Source of the DNA: Nitrospirota bacterium
Lineage (GTDB): Bacteria > Nitrospirota > UBA9217
DNA: 64,000 nt
Assembly: GCA_963751455.1 (NCBI GenBank)
Contig: CAVVUN010000004.1
Location: forward strand, 20,946-84,945
Reading direction: 5' to 3'
In this document: piece by piece, positions 55,263 through 64,000 of the stretch
Numbering within the stretch: the first letter of the stretch is position 1
How the letters are laid out: each line of letters opens with the position of its first letter
Made by a program: the position numbers and the translations under genes
Notes under the pieces: generated by a model
What the model was told of the DNA's origin: nothing
Databases searched by the model: none
What the model saw: the letters and a program-made list of their open reading frames with translations, nothing else

Positions 55263-56981
55263 TTACCTGATATAGGCCTCGGTAACGTACCGGCGCATCA
55301 TCCGGTGACTGTTGAAGTAGTACGCATTTTTGGAAATCGCATTTCTCATCATGCGGCTCCAGCCGCTTTTATTGGTATCGTAATATTTCGGAATGATGAG
55401 ATTCTCGAGCTTGCTATAGAGGTCTGCGGCATCTTCGACATCCGAAACGCCGGGCGCCGACTTTTCGGTCGGCATGCCGCCGATCGACCAGCCGGTAAAG
55501 CCTTCGATATGTCCTTCAATCCACCACCCGTCGAGGACGCTGAAATTAACGACGCCATTGTGCGCTGCCTTCATGCCGCTTGTGCCTGAGGCTTCAAGAG
55601 GCCGCAGCGGGGTGTTGAGCCATACGTCCACGCCGGAAACGATCTTGAGGGCGAGGTCCATGTCGTAACCGGGAAGGAAGACGATTTGAATCCTTCCATT
55701 GAGCTTATCGCGATATGAACAGATTCCCTGGATCAACCGTTTTCCGTTATCATCCTGGGGGTGCGCTTTTCCCGCATAGATAAACTGCAGCTTGCCTTTT
55801 TCGCTGATTTTTATAAGCCGGTCGATATCGTGAAAAAGCAGGTGCATGCGCTTGTATGCGGTGGCCCTCCGGGCAAAGCCTATGGTAAGCACATTGGTGT
55901 CCATGACAACTCCGGTTGCGTTGCCGACGTACGTCAGCAGTTTCCGCTTTGCTTCCCGGTGCGCCTCCCACAGTTCCAGTTCCGGAATGTTGCCCGATCT
56001 TACAAACAGCTCCGGCTCGTTCGCCCAGCCCGGTATGTACCTGTCGAAAAGCTTGGCCATGTCTTTACAGGTCCAGGTGAAGCTGTGAACGCCGTTGGTA
56101 ATGGCATGGATGTGATAACCCGGGAACATGTGCTGGGAAACTTCACCATGTTTTTTTGCCACGCCGTTTATGTATTTACTCAGGTTGAGGGCGAGCAGGG
56201 TCATATTAAGGCTGTCCTTCCCCGCGATGTCCCGCAACACGTCGAAAGGGATGATTTCTCCGAGCACCTGTTTGACCAGGGGATACGAAAACTTATCATG
56301 ACCCGCCTCGACGGGAGTATGGGTAGTGAACACGCAGAGGTCCCTTACTCTTGCTATGTCCCAGACGGAACGTTCGTCCCACACGCTCTCGATATCGCGT
56401 TTGAAACGGAGAAGCAGTTCCAGGGCGAGAAAACTGGCATGCCCTTCGTTCATATGGTATTTTTTGATATGAAATTCCAGGGCTTGAAGCATGAGAACGC
56501 CGCCCATACCGAGAACGACTTCCTGCTTGATTCGATAGACGTTGTCCCCGCCATACAGATAATCGGTAATGGCCCGGTCCTGGGGCATATTCTCAGCAAG
56601 ATCCGTATCCAGAAAGAAAATCGGAACTTTACCGCCTGTCGGACTGACGACCATATAGACCCATGACTGGATATAGACGTCCCGGCCTTCTATCTGCACT
56701 TTGACTTTTTGAGGCAGAAGCGTCATGTACTTGGCCGGGTCCCATATAACGGGTTTTTCCATCTGCCATCCGGACCTGTCCAGTTCCTGAGTAAAATACC
56801 CCTTGCGCGTAATGAGGGTTACGGCGACGAGCGGCAGGTTAAGATCAGCAGCTGATTTGATCGTATCTCCGGCGAGAATGCCCAGTCCGCCGCTGTACGT
56901 CGGGATATCGTTTTTAACGCCGATCTCCATCGAAAAGTACGCGATCATGGGTTCGGCGGTGAATTCGTGAAGACTGTTCAT
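55263..56981 (-). CDS. glgP: Alpha-glucan phosphorylase (short type)
   Basis: AYFSMEIG, YSGGLGILAGD, HMNEGH, FARRATAYKR, AGKAHP, EASGTSGMKA (PLP Lys), DGWW. Confidence 0.96.
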   Translation of the reverse strand: MNSLHEFTAEPMIAYFSMEIGVKNDIPTYSGGLGILAGDTIKSAADLNLPLVAVTLITRKGYFTQELDRSGWQMEKPVIWDPAKYMTLLPQKVKVQIEGRDVYIQSWVYMVVSPTGGKVPIFFLDTDLAENMPQDRAITDYLYGGDNVYRIKQEVVLGMGGVLMLQALEFHIKKYHMNEGHASFLALELLLRFKRDIESVWDERSVWDIARVRDLCVFTTHTPVEAGHDKFSYPLVKQVLGEIIPFDVLRDIAGKDSLNMTLLALNLSKYINGVAKKHGEVSQHMFPGYHIHAITNGVHSFTWTCKDMAKLFDRYIPGWANEPELFVRSGNIPELELWEAHREAKRKLLTYVGNATGVVMDTNVLTIGFARRATAYKRMHLLFHDIDRLIKISEKGKLQFIYAGKAHPQDDNGKRLIQGICSYRDKLNGRIQIVFLPGYDMDLALKIVSGVDVWLNTPLRPLEASGTSGMKAAHNGVVNFSVLDGWWIEGHIEGFTGWSIGGMPTEKSAPGVSDVEDAADLYSKLENLIIPKYYDTNKSGWSRMMRNAISKNAYYFNSHRMMRRYVTEAYIR

Positions 56982-57245
56982 ACTCCTCCTTACTGAACCA
57001 TCTTTCCTTTGAAAAAGCTACCTATCATATAACAGAAATATATTCCTATTTCAATAGTGATCAGAGTAAACGCGCTTCTGCAAGCCGCAGCGATGGGGAT
57101 ACACTGGCATGGAGGACCGACACGAAAGGCGTGCGCCGAAACAGCAAAGGCTGGCAAGGACACGTTGAGAGACTGTTCAAAAAATGATTTCAAAAGATTG
57201 CTGTGGAAAGGCGAGTCTCCGGATGGGTATCCATCCGGAGATACA

Positions 57246-57794
57246 TTAACGGCCCATTGCTTTTTTCGCCAATTCGACGAGTCCGAAAACCTTTAGGTCA
57301 ACCAGCACACCTTTCTTCTGCTGGTCCCTCAGAAATTGCTGCGCATCGTCCAGCGGGATCTCGATCACTTCGATAATTTCGTTGTCGTCACCGCCGTTTT
57401 TCCCCACCTGCTGGAGCTCGGTACAGAGATACGCCCGCAGGGATTCTGTGGATGCCCCTGTCGAAATCGGCCCTTCAGCGAGGAACTCGAGCTTTCCGGC
57501 CTGCCATCCCGTCTCTTCGATCAGCTCCCGCCTAGCCGCGTCTTCCATAGTTTCATCGGGCTCGACAAGCCCCGCGGGGAGTTCTATCACGTCGCGTCCC
57601 ATCGGCGGTCTGAACTGCTTTTCAAGGACTACCGCCCCGGCGGGTGTTACTCCAACCATGACTACGATTCCGCCGATGCCTACCCGCTCGAGCGCCTCCC
57701 AGGTGCGCACCGTACCGTGCGCGTCCCGGTACGTGATCTCCACGGCGCTCATGAAGTTCCCTTTCCAGACAGTTTTTTTACTGATGATTTCCAT
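57246..57794 (-). CDS. NUDIX hydrolase (ADP-ribose pyrophosphatase-like)
   Basis: QFRPP, ELPAGLVEPDETMEDAARRELIEETG Nudix box; start placed at MEIISKK. Confidence 0.92.
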   Translation of the reverse strand: MEIISKKTVWKGNFMSAVEITYRDAHGTVRTWEALERVGIGGIVVMVGVTPAGAVVLEKQFRPPMGRDVIELPAGLVEPDETMEDAARRELIEETGWQAGKLEFLAEGPISTGASTESLRAYLCTELQQVGKNGGDDNEIIEVIEIPLDDAQQFLRDQQKKGVLVDLKVFGLVELAKKAMGR

Positions 57795-57825
57795 AATTTC
57801 TGCGCGACCTATCCGACTGAAGCGT

Positions 57826-58040
57826 GCCGTCATGCCCCCGTTGAGAAGCGTGAGAGGGGAATCAACGGGTAAGGCATAAACCCTTTATTGTACCATCTCC
57901 TTGAGAAGCAGGAGACGGGAATCAGGGGTCTCATTATCGTACCCTTTCCCGGAGAAGCGTGAAAGGGGAATCAAGGGTAAAGCTTAGCCCCGTTGTCGTA
58001 CCCTTTCCCTGGGAAGCGTGAAAGGGGAATCAAGGGTTTC
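57826..58040. repeat. Tandem array of four type B hairpin units (periods 60, 49, 59 nt)
   Basis: G(A/G)GAAGC..GA.A.GGGAATCA.GGGT cores at 57843, 57903, 57952, 58011. Confidence 0.85.
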
Positions 58041-58653
58041 AAAGCCATTTTTTCAGATCCAGAGTCAGGGCCGCCGGGATAATCGTATCAACCTCGCGAA
58101 TCCTCTTGCGGCCGGCTTTTCTGAACATGGCCAGCTGCATTTTTTTCTCTTTTTCGTAATGATCCAGGATCGGATAGTCTCCTTCAGGGATGTCTTTAAC
58201 GAAGTACCCGCACCCCTCCAGCCTTATCGCGCGCCTCGGTCCGCGGATCGTCGGGCCGAAAATGCGGCAAATATGCGGGCGATGGTCGTAGATAAGGCAT
58301 GCACCCTTTTCATCGAGAGCAGGACAGGACATCTTTGCGGACCTGCGGGATATTGCATCGATCGCCGGAAGCGATTTTAGCAAAGGATCCTTGCGGGAAA
58401 AGGCCTTTTTCTTTTCGAGCGTATCCATCTGTTCATTGGCTTTCGCAACTACACGCTCCCGGATGTTTGCGGGAAGCTTTTTCAGGGAAGACCGAATGTG
58501 AAGGGCGTCCAGAAGAGTGATATCGAAGAACCCGACCGCGCAGCACTCGTAACAGCCCGGCTTGCATTGTACTCCGTTTTTGCCGGTCGCCTCATGAAAC
58601 CGCAGACTCGACATATTCAGGAAATCCGAATACTTTTTTACTATCCGGTGCAT
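58039..58653 (-). CDS. YkgJ-family (CxxCxxCC) cysteine-cluster protein
   Basis: CKPGCYECC, CPALDEKGACLIYDHRPHICRIFG. Confidence 0.88.
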   Translation of the reverse strand: MHRIVKKYSDFLNMSSLRFHEATGKNGVQCKPGCYECCAVGFFDITLLDALHIRSSLKKLPANIRERVVAKANEQMDTLEKKKAFSRKDPLLKSLPAIDAISRRSAKMSCPALDEKGACLIYDHRPHICRIFGPTIRGPRRAIRLEGCGYFVKDIPEGDYPILDHYEKEKKMQLAMFRKAGRKRIREVDTIIPAALTLDLKKWL

Positions 58654-58685
58654 GTTTTAAGCCTTTCTGAGCTAAAGAGTAAAAG

Positions 58686-58714
58686 ATTATACGTGCTGAA
58701 GGTAGGTTTGTCAA
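58686..58714 (-). promoter_or_regulatory. Perfect-consensus sigma70 promoter for the ykgJ-like/NUDIX genes
   Basis: Minus strand TTGACA-17nt-TATAAT. Confidence 0.8.
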
Positions 58715-58777
58715 TGTAGAACAACGGGTGCGAATTGACTCACAATAAATGTTACCCAACGGCATTTTGAAAAGTAT

Positions 58778-60036
58778 CGTTGACTCATAATGCATGTTAC
58801 CGGAACTATACCCCCAAAAGGAGGGTTAGTTCTGATGAGTCCACGATCAAAACGGGAGTATCTGGCTGCAATCATTAAACGGTACCGGGCTGCCTCCCGG
58901 AAGATAAAAACAGGGATCCTGGACGAGTTCTGTTCAACCTGCGGGTATCACCGAAAGCATGCTCTCAGGCTTCTGCGGACCTTCCGGCGATTTACTCAAA
59001 AGATTCCGGCAAAACGGGGCAGAAAACCGGTATATGACACTGCGACGCTCCTGATACCCTTAAAGCGCATCTGGAAGACGGCAAACCTGCCATGCTCAAA
59101 GCGCCTTAAGGCCATCATCCCGGAATGGCTGCCAGGATATATAAAATCCTTTGGCCCCATCTCGCAGGCGACGGAAGCGGCCTTGATCAGAATATCTCCG
59201 TCGAGCATCGACAGGATTCTAAACCCGGTTCGCGCAGAATACACCAAGCACGGCAGGGCCACCACCAAGCCGGGAACGCTCTTAAGAAGGCATATCCCAG
59301 TGAAAACCAACCAATGGGATGAATCCAGGCCGGGCTTTCTGGAAGCTGATACTGTAGCCCACTGTGGAAGCTCTACAGAAGGCATGTACGCCAATACCGT
59401 CGACTGCGTGGACATCGCAACCGGCTGGACGGAACAGCGCGCCGTCTGGGGCAAAAACTATCAAGGTGTCATCGACCAGATCAAGGATATCGAACAATCC
59501 TTGCCGTTCCCGATCCTGGGTTTTGACGCGGACAACGGCACTGAGTTCTTAAACCATCACCTGCTTCGCTATCTGACGGAGAGGAAACGGCCTATTCAGT
59601 TCACCAGGAGCAGGGCCTATAAAAAAGACGATAATGCCCATATCGAACAGAAAAATTGGACTCATGTGAGACAATGGCTTGGCTACGATCGCCTGGACTC
59701 TCCGGAGGCTGTTCCTCTCATGAATGAGCTTTATACCACCGAATGGAGGCTGTTTCTGAACTTCTTCTGTCCTTCTGTGAAGCTGCTGGAAAAGAAACGA
59801 GTTGCTTCAAAGACCATCAAACGCTATGATAAGCCCAAAACCCCTTACCGGAGAGTCCTGGAGTCTCCTGACGTCTCCGAGGAAACAAAGCGCAAACTCA
59901 AAGAAGAATATAAAACGCTAAACCCTTTTGAGCTGAGAAAAGCCTTGGAGGTTAAGCTTAAAAAGATCTTTAAAACGTAAAACCGAACCAACACATAACT
60001 TACTATCGTCCGGTAACATTTAATTATGAAGCAACG
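58778..60036 (+). mobile_element. Insertion sequence with integrase-core (DDE) transposase, ISNCY-like; ~27-bp imperfect terminal inverted repeats
   Basis: Left cgttgactcataatgcatgttaccgga vs reverse complement of right end cgttgcttcataattaaatgttaccgga; no target duplication seen. Confidence 0.8.
58835..59980 (+). CDS. Integrase-core DDE transposase
   Basis: RBS GGAGG; MSPRSKREYL..ILDEFC..GYHRKHALRLL; PGFLEADTVAHCG, DADNGTEF, RSRAYKKDDNAHIEQKN. Confidence 0.92.
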   Translation: MSPRSKREYLAAIIKRYRAASRKIKTGILDEFCSTCGYHRKHALRLLRTFRRFTQKIPAKRGRKPVYDTATLLIPLKRIWKTANLPCSKRLKAIIPEWLPGYIKSFGPISQATEAALIRISPSSIDRILNPVRAEYTKHGRATTKPGTLLRRHIPVKTNQWDESRPGFLEADTVAHCGSSTEGMYANTVDCVDIATGWTEQRAVWGKNYQGVIDQIKDIEQSLPFPILGFDADNGTEFLNHHLLRYLTERKRPIQFTRSRAYKKDDNAHIEQKNWTHVRQWLGYDRLDSPEAVPLMNELYTTEWRLFLNFFCPSVKLLEKKRVASKTIKRYDKPKTPYRRVLESPDVSEETKRKLKEEYKTLNPFELRKALEVKLKKIFKT

Positions 60037-60066
60037 GGGGGTGGGCGGGAAGCGAGCGTGGACGAA

Positions 60067-60098
60067 TAAGACCGGGCCGCAGAAGCGGCCCGGTCTTA
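60067..60098. terminator. Perfect 14-bp stem hairpin between convergent genes
   Basis: taagaccgggccgc-agaa-gcggcccggtctta. Confidence 0.75.
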
Positions 60099-60126
60099 CC
60101 GGAAGATATTTAGGGAAAAATTGGTG

Positions 60127-61737
60127 TCAGGGCAGCATGACCAGGTTCAAATCGATGCCCGCTGCATCGGCTGTCGACAAATTCACCCGCCGGGGAATTG
60201 CGGCAACCCGTGAATCGGCGTTTGTTGATGACCAGCCGATTGCCTCAATTCCATAATCAGCTCCCGGCAGCGGATGATCAGGCGTGCCGCCGGGGAGATT
60301 CGAGATTGTGTATGTCCCTCCGGAGGCCATCTGCGAGTCGACTCTGATTGCGTTCACGACCATGCCTCCATGGCAGGAGAAAAGGACCCCCCGGTCAAGC
60401 CCTGTTCCCGGTGCAAATGTTTCCGGCAGGACCAGCGAACCGGAAACGCTGCGGCTGACGGCCGGGCTTGTCACGTGCAGAATCCCGAATGTAAGAGTCC
60501 CCGTTGAGGAGGTGACTACGTCGGGGTTGAGGTCGAGACTGTGCAAGGGAGCGCCTGCAGCCCGTCTGTACCCGCCGTTGCCTTCCACAGGAGTAACCGG
60601 GGAAAAAACTATGTTCGAGGGGTCATAGGCGCCGATCTGAAGAGGCTCCGAGGACAATTTGAATCCCAGAATCTGCCCGGTGATAGGGTTAAAATGCCTG
60701 AATCTGATCTCGTAAGGGGCAGCTTCGCCCGGCACAGTCTGGAAGAAATCGACCCAGGCGCCTGTGGGCGACTCTATCGTCGCATTCATCGCATAGTCCG
60801 GTGTTGCCGCCGGAGTCATAGTAACGGTCGGCACTATTGTGGCATTTGCGGTCGGCGTTGTTCCCTTCGTTACCGGTACATCCTTGATGATCACCGTTCC
60901 ATAATCGATGCCGCGGATGACTAGATCATAGTTGCCCGGCATCAGCGGGAACAGTATGAATTTACCGGTTGCATCGGCCAAAGCGGTAACCCGGCGAACC
61001 ACATGTACCGGCGCGTTCGGTGCAATCTGTTCCGCCTTGATGATGAAACGGGCAGACGGATTGTTCGCGGCAGCGGCGGTATCGAGAGAACCCACAACTG
61101 CACCCGCGTTGTCCATATCAAAATACGCGAGACGGGGCTTCAGGATGTATTCGGTTTTGCCGTCATGCTCGCTCTGGACTACGTCGTCTCCGGCATCGAA
61201 ATCAATTGCCAGTTTCAGCTTTTCATTCTTTTTGACCGTGAACTGCCCCGTGAGCATGATGCCGCGTTCGGCGGCAGGGACCCGGAGAGGGTAGTGAGAT
61301 GCATCGCCCGTTACATCCACCTCGTTGTTGTAGACAAGACCCGCATCCGATGCAGAAGCGGCAAGAGCGGCGTCGCTCCTGACGAGAAACACTCTCATCT
61401 GGGTATACTCGCCCTCGGGCAGTTCAATATTGTCCCAGACCGGTACGCTTATGTTGCCGTTCCCCAGTTCGAGGAGATCAAGGGTGATCGGGGAGGACAG
61501 GGGAAATTTATGCCAGCCCGATTGCTCTGATACGGCGGTATCGCTTGTATGGAACCAGAGGTCCTTCACCGTTATCCAGACATGGTCAAAACCGTACGCG
61601 GGCGCGTCAGTAATACTGATCTGCATGGTGCCTGTTGTATGAGCTGTTTCTGTTTGTGTATTGCTTCCACTGTTGCTGCATGCCTGTACGAACAAAAACA
61701 ATGCTGCTGCGAGCCACATCAAATTGTTCCTTACCAT
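60127..61737 (-). CDS. DUF4382-like lipoprotein
   Basis: RBS AAGGAGG, lipobox VQAC, GTMQISITDAP, LPEGEYTQMRVFL, LAIDFDA, YILKP. Confidence 0.82.
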   Translation of the reverse strand: MVRNNLMWLAAALFLFVQACSNSGSNTQTETAHTTGTMQISITDAPAYGFDHVWITVKDLWFHTSDTAVSEQSGWHKFPLSSPITLDLLELGNGNISVPVWDNIELPEGEYTQMRVFLVRSDAALAASASDAGLVYNNEVDVTGDASHYPLRVPAAERGIMLTGQFTVKKNEKLKLAIDFDAGDDVVQSEHDGKTEYILKPRLAYFDMDNAGAVVGSLDTAAAANNPSARFIIKAEQIAPNAPVHVVRRVTALADATGKFILFPLMPGNYDLVIRGIDYGTVIIKDVPVTKGTTPTANATIVPTVTMTPAATPDYAMNATIESPTGAWVDFFQTVPGEAAPYEIRFRHFNPITGQILGFKLSSEPLQIGAYDPSNIVFSPVTPVEGNGGYRRAAGAPLHSLDLNPDVVTSSTGTLTFGILHVTSPAVSRSVSGSLVLPETFAPGTGLDRGVLFSCHGGMVVNAIRVDSQMASGGTYTISNLPGGTPDHPLPGADYGIEAIGWSSTNADSRVAAIPRRVNLSTADAAGIDLNLVMLP

Positions 61738-61789
61738 TTTCCGATCCTCCTTGTTGTGAAATAATGACATCGGCCGTGTGTCTTGATAA

Positions 61790-61818
61790 TTAGACCGCAA
61801 AGCGGGAAAAAGGTTGAA
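61790..61818 (-). promoter_or_regulatory. Putative ECF-sigma promoter of the DUF4382-like gene
   Basis: Minus strand TTCAAC-17nt-GTCTAA. Confidence 0.45.
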
Positions 61819-61962
61819 CAGGGCGAAACATAATTTTTGGGTAATTTTCACGTTGAACATGCCCGGATAAAAGGGGGGCAGAAAAAGGGAAGGATACAGG
61901 GCGAGAACCAAAGGACAGGGGAACAGTTAAAACAGACCAGCGGGTGTTCCCTGAGAAACAAA

Positions 61963-61984
61963 GCCCCGCAGCTTGCTGCGAGGC
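61963..61984. repeat. Short palindrome (REP-like or terminator)
   Basis: gccccgcagcttgctgcgaggc. Confidence 0.45.
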
Positions 61985-62041
61985 AGGTTCGTTCAGGAGC
62001 TTTATCAGGAGCGCACGGAAGCGATGAGGCCGGGGGCTGCC

Positions 62042-62704
62042 TTAATAGCGCGGCGCACCGTAGGGCTCGCGTGCGCCATCCTTACCGCGAAAATCTCTTC
62101 GGTCGGGCATACCCTGATTGCGGCCGGAATCGCCCTGGCCCGGACGCTGCGAGCCCTGGCCGCCTCCTCGCGCGTTGGTGATCGTTTCTCGCATTTCGCG
62201 CTGGAAATCCTGCTGAAAGACCAGGAAACGGGCCTGCTGTTCAACGGTCAGGATAGCTTTCACGCCTTTCAATTCGTCATTTCTCAGTTCCTGCATGGCC
62301 CGATGGTTGTTTTGAAGCTTTTCTATATACTGCTTCATTTTGTCCTCTTCGGGTTTTTGGGACTTGAGCGTTTGGCGCAGCAGAGTCATGGTCTCCATTT
62401 GCTCACGCTGAATGTCGCGGCGCTTGCGCTCGATGGAGCTGAGCAGCGCGGACAGCTTTCCGCTGGTATCGGGATCGAGCTTCAGCTCTTCAGTCAGCCG
62501 CCAGATCCGTATGGCCTCGATTTTTTTCCTGATCTCTTCGCGTCTCTCAGCGGAAGGAGGCCCGCCTGGTCCGCGATCCGGCGCGAATTCCGGGTCTTCC
62601 CGCCTGTCAGTGTCGGGAGGCCCGGACGTCCTCCTTTGTGCAAGGGCCGGAGATCCGACCAGTATCAGAGCGATCATGACTATGAATATCCTTGCCGTGT
62701 TCAT
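62042..62704 (-). CDS. Spy/CpxP-like periplasmic helical protein
   Basis: Signal peptide, IWRLTEELKL, ILTVEQQARF (LTxxQ); RBS GGAGG. Confidence 0.82.
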   Translation of the reverse strand: MNTARIFIVMIALILVGSPALAQRRTSGPPDTDRREDPEFAPDRGPGGPPSAERREEIRKKIEAIRIWRLTEELKLDPDTSGKLSALLSSIERKRRDIQREQMETMTLLRQTLKSQKPEEDKMKQYIEKLQNNHRAMQELRNDELKGVKAILTVEQQARFLVFQQDFQREMRETITNARGGGQGSQRPGQGDSGRNQGMPDRRDFRGKDGAREPYGAPRY

Positions 62705-62730
62705 ATAAATAACCTCCTGCAGTGGTTTCC

Positions 62731-63390
62731 CTATACAAGCCCTTTTTCGTTTGTTGTTTTGTTCATCCTGTTCCGCATATCCTGTTCCTTTTTCTTAAGC
62801 ATCTCGTATACTCGGTCCAACTCCCGGGTGTTCAATTCATTCAGATCATCCGAGGGGTCCCGCTCGGTATTTCCCGTGCTCTCTTCGACGACCTGCTCTC
62901 TTATGGGGCCGAATTCGTTCCGTGCCCATTGAGCTGCAGCCTCGATTTCGGCAGGAGAGAGCAGGGCGATATCAATGTTTTCATCCGGAGCCATTTCGAG
63001 CTGATTCGTCCCGTTTCCCTGAATGCCGGCAAGGTTCACGGGTCCGGTGCGGACAAAGAACGACGCTGCAATTGCGATGACAATGACGCCGGCGGTTGCC
63101 CATGCCCAGCGGGGAATCAATAGAGCGTTCAGTATATCGGCGAATGATATATGTTTTTTCTCCCTGGATCTTCGCACTTCACGGTATATGACATCCGGCA
63201 TTTCAGACCAGAAGGCCTCACCCGGGTCCGGAACCGCTTCCTCGGACATCATTTTCAAAAGCGAAAGCTCTTTCCGGCAGTCAGCGCAGGTTGCAAGGTG
63301 CGCTTCCACGAGCCCCTGTTCAGGCTTGGCTAATTTCCCTTCCACATATGCGGGGAGCTGTTCTTTTATGGTTTCGTCATTGCAGTTCAT
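62731..63390 (-). CDS. Zinc-finger (HxxxCxxC) transmembrane anti-sigma factor
   Basis: MNC..LPAYVEGKL..VEAHLATCADC, PDPGEAFW, one TM helix. Confidence 0.88.
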   Translation of the reverse strand: MNCNDETIKEQLPAYVEGKLAKPEQGLVEAHLATCADCRKELSLLKMMSEEAVPDPGEAFWSEMPDVIYREVRRSREKKHISFADILNALLIPRWAWATAGVIVIAIAASFFVRTGPVNLAGIQGNGTNQLEMAPDENIDIALLSPAEIEAAAQWARNEFGPIREQVVEESTGNTERDPSDDLNELNTRELDRVYEMLKKKEQDMRNRMNKTTNEKGLV

Positions 63391-63439
63391 GGTTTTTTCC
63401 CGGAACGCAGGCCGAAGTCCTGCGGCTGCCATCGTTTCT

Positions 63440-64000
63440 TCAAGCCTGCACCGGCTCTTCGATCCTGTCCTTCACGACGGTATCCTCCATCAGCACCTTC
63501 AGTTTCTTGACCGCATGGTGATAGTTCGCCTTGGCGGTCCCGAGCGAGCATTTCATGATGTCCGCGATCTCTTCGAATTTCCGGTCATCCTGCACTCTTA
63601 ACAGCACAGTAAGCCGCTGTTTTTCCGGCAGACCGGCGAGCGCGAGTCTGAGTCTGGCCCTGCTTTCCTTTGTGATCAACGATTCCAGTATCCGCGGTTT
63701 TTTAATTATGGTGACGAGGTGCAGGGGCACGTGCTCGGCACGGGACCTGTCGCGGTACACGTTTTTGGCCAAATTGATCGCGATCTGGTAAAGCCATGTT
63801 TTGAAGCTGGACCGCTGTTCGAAGCTGTCGACGCAGGTAAAGGCTTTTACGAAGGTCTTCTGCAGAAGGTCCGCGGCATCCTCATGATTGCTCACCATCC
63901 GGTACAGCAGGGAGTAGAGAGGTTTCTGGTATTTCAGGACCAGTTCATCGAATGCCTCTCGTTTTCCGTCTGCGGTTTTCCTGAGGATGTCAAGATCTGG
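63440..64000 (-). CDS. ECF RNA polymerase sigma factor (5' end outside the window)
   Basis: Frame open to the edge: AFDELVLKYQKPLY..DAADLLQKTFVKAF..SSFKTWLYQIAIN..FEEIADIMKCSLGTAKANYHHA. Confidence 0.93.
   Translation of the reverse strand, partial: PDLDILRKTADGKREAFDELVLKYQKPLYSLLYRMVSNHEDAADLLQKTFVKAFTCVDSFEQRSSFKTWLYQIAINLAKNVYRDRSRAEHVPLHLVTIIKKPRILESLITKESRARLRLALAGLPEKQRLTVLLRVQDDRKFEEIADIMKCSLGTAKANYHHAVKKLKVLMEDTVVKDRIEEPVQA

Noticed and set aside
57826-58040. CRISPR array
   Set aside because: Units are degenerate, the linkers are short and related to each other, the same unit occurs dispersed, and no cas genes are present.

Overview
Bacterial chromosomal DNA from a diderm; a Nitrospirota/Desulfobacterota-like origin is inferred from gene style and repeat types and was not verified. 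The left flank (1-8.7 kb) is housekeeping: mlaEFD, hisS, a YfcE-like phosphoesterase, a phosphohexomutase, eno (broken by several indels, probably read errors) and a zincin. The right flank (51.8-64 kb) holds rfaE2, an outer-membrane protein, a DUF2959-like lipoprotein, glgP, a NUDIX hydrolase, a YkgJ-like protein, an integrase-core IS, a DUF4382-like lipoprotein and an ECF sigma/anti-sigma/Spy-like set. The central ~43 kb is a twice-repeated secreted-protein module. Each module has a ~2200-aa transglutaminase-like + Ig + variable nucleotide-pyrophosphatase (NPP) protein, 1-2 mosaic ~295-aa secreted partners, a small PilP/GspC-HR-like protein and a giant exoprotein (7038 aa in module 2, truncated in module 1). 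An orphan third NPP cassette and a ~570-bp near-identical repeat at both module starts make it resemble a polymorphic, cassette-swapping export system. Independently, a layer of short repeats runs through the window: in-frame heptamer tracts whose sequence differs between the paralogues at the same sites, nested hairpin elements with covarying stems, and triple-repeat inverted elements. All domain calls are by motif recognition only; no searches were run.
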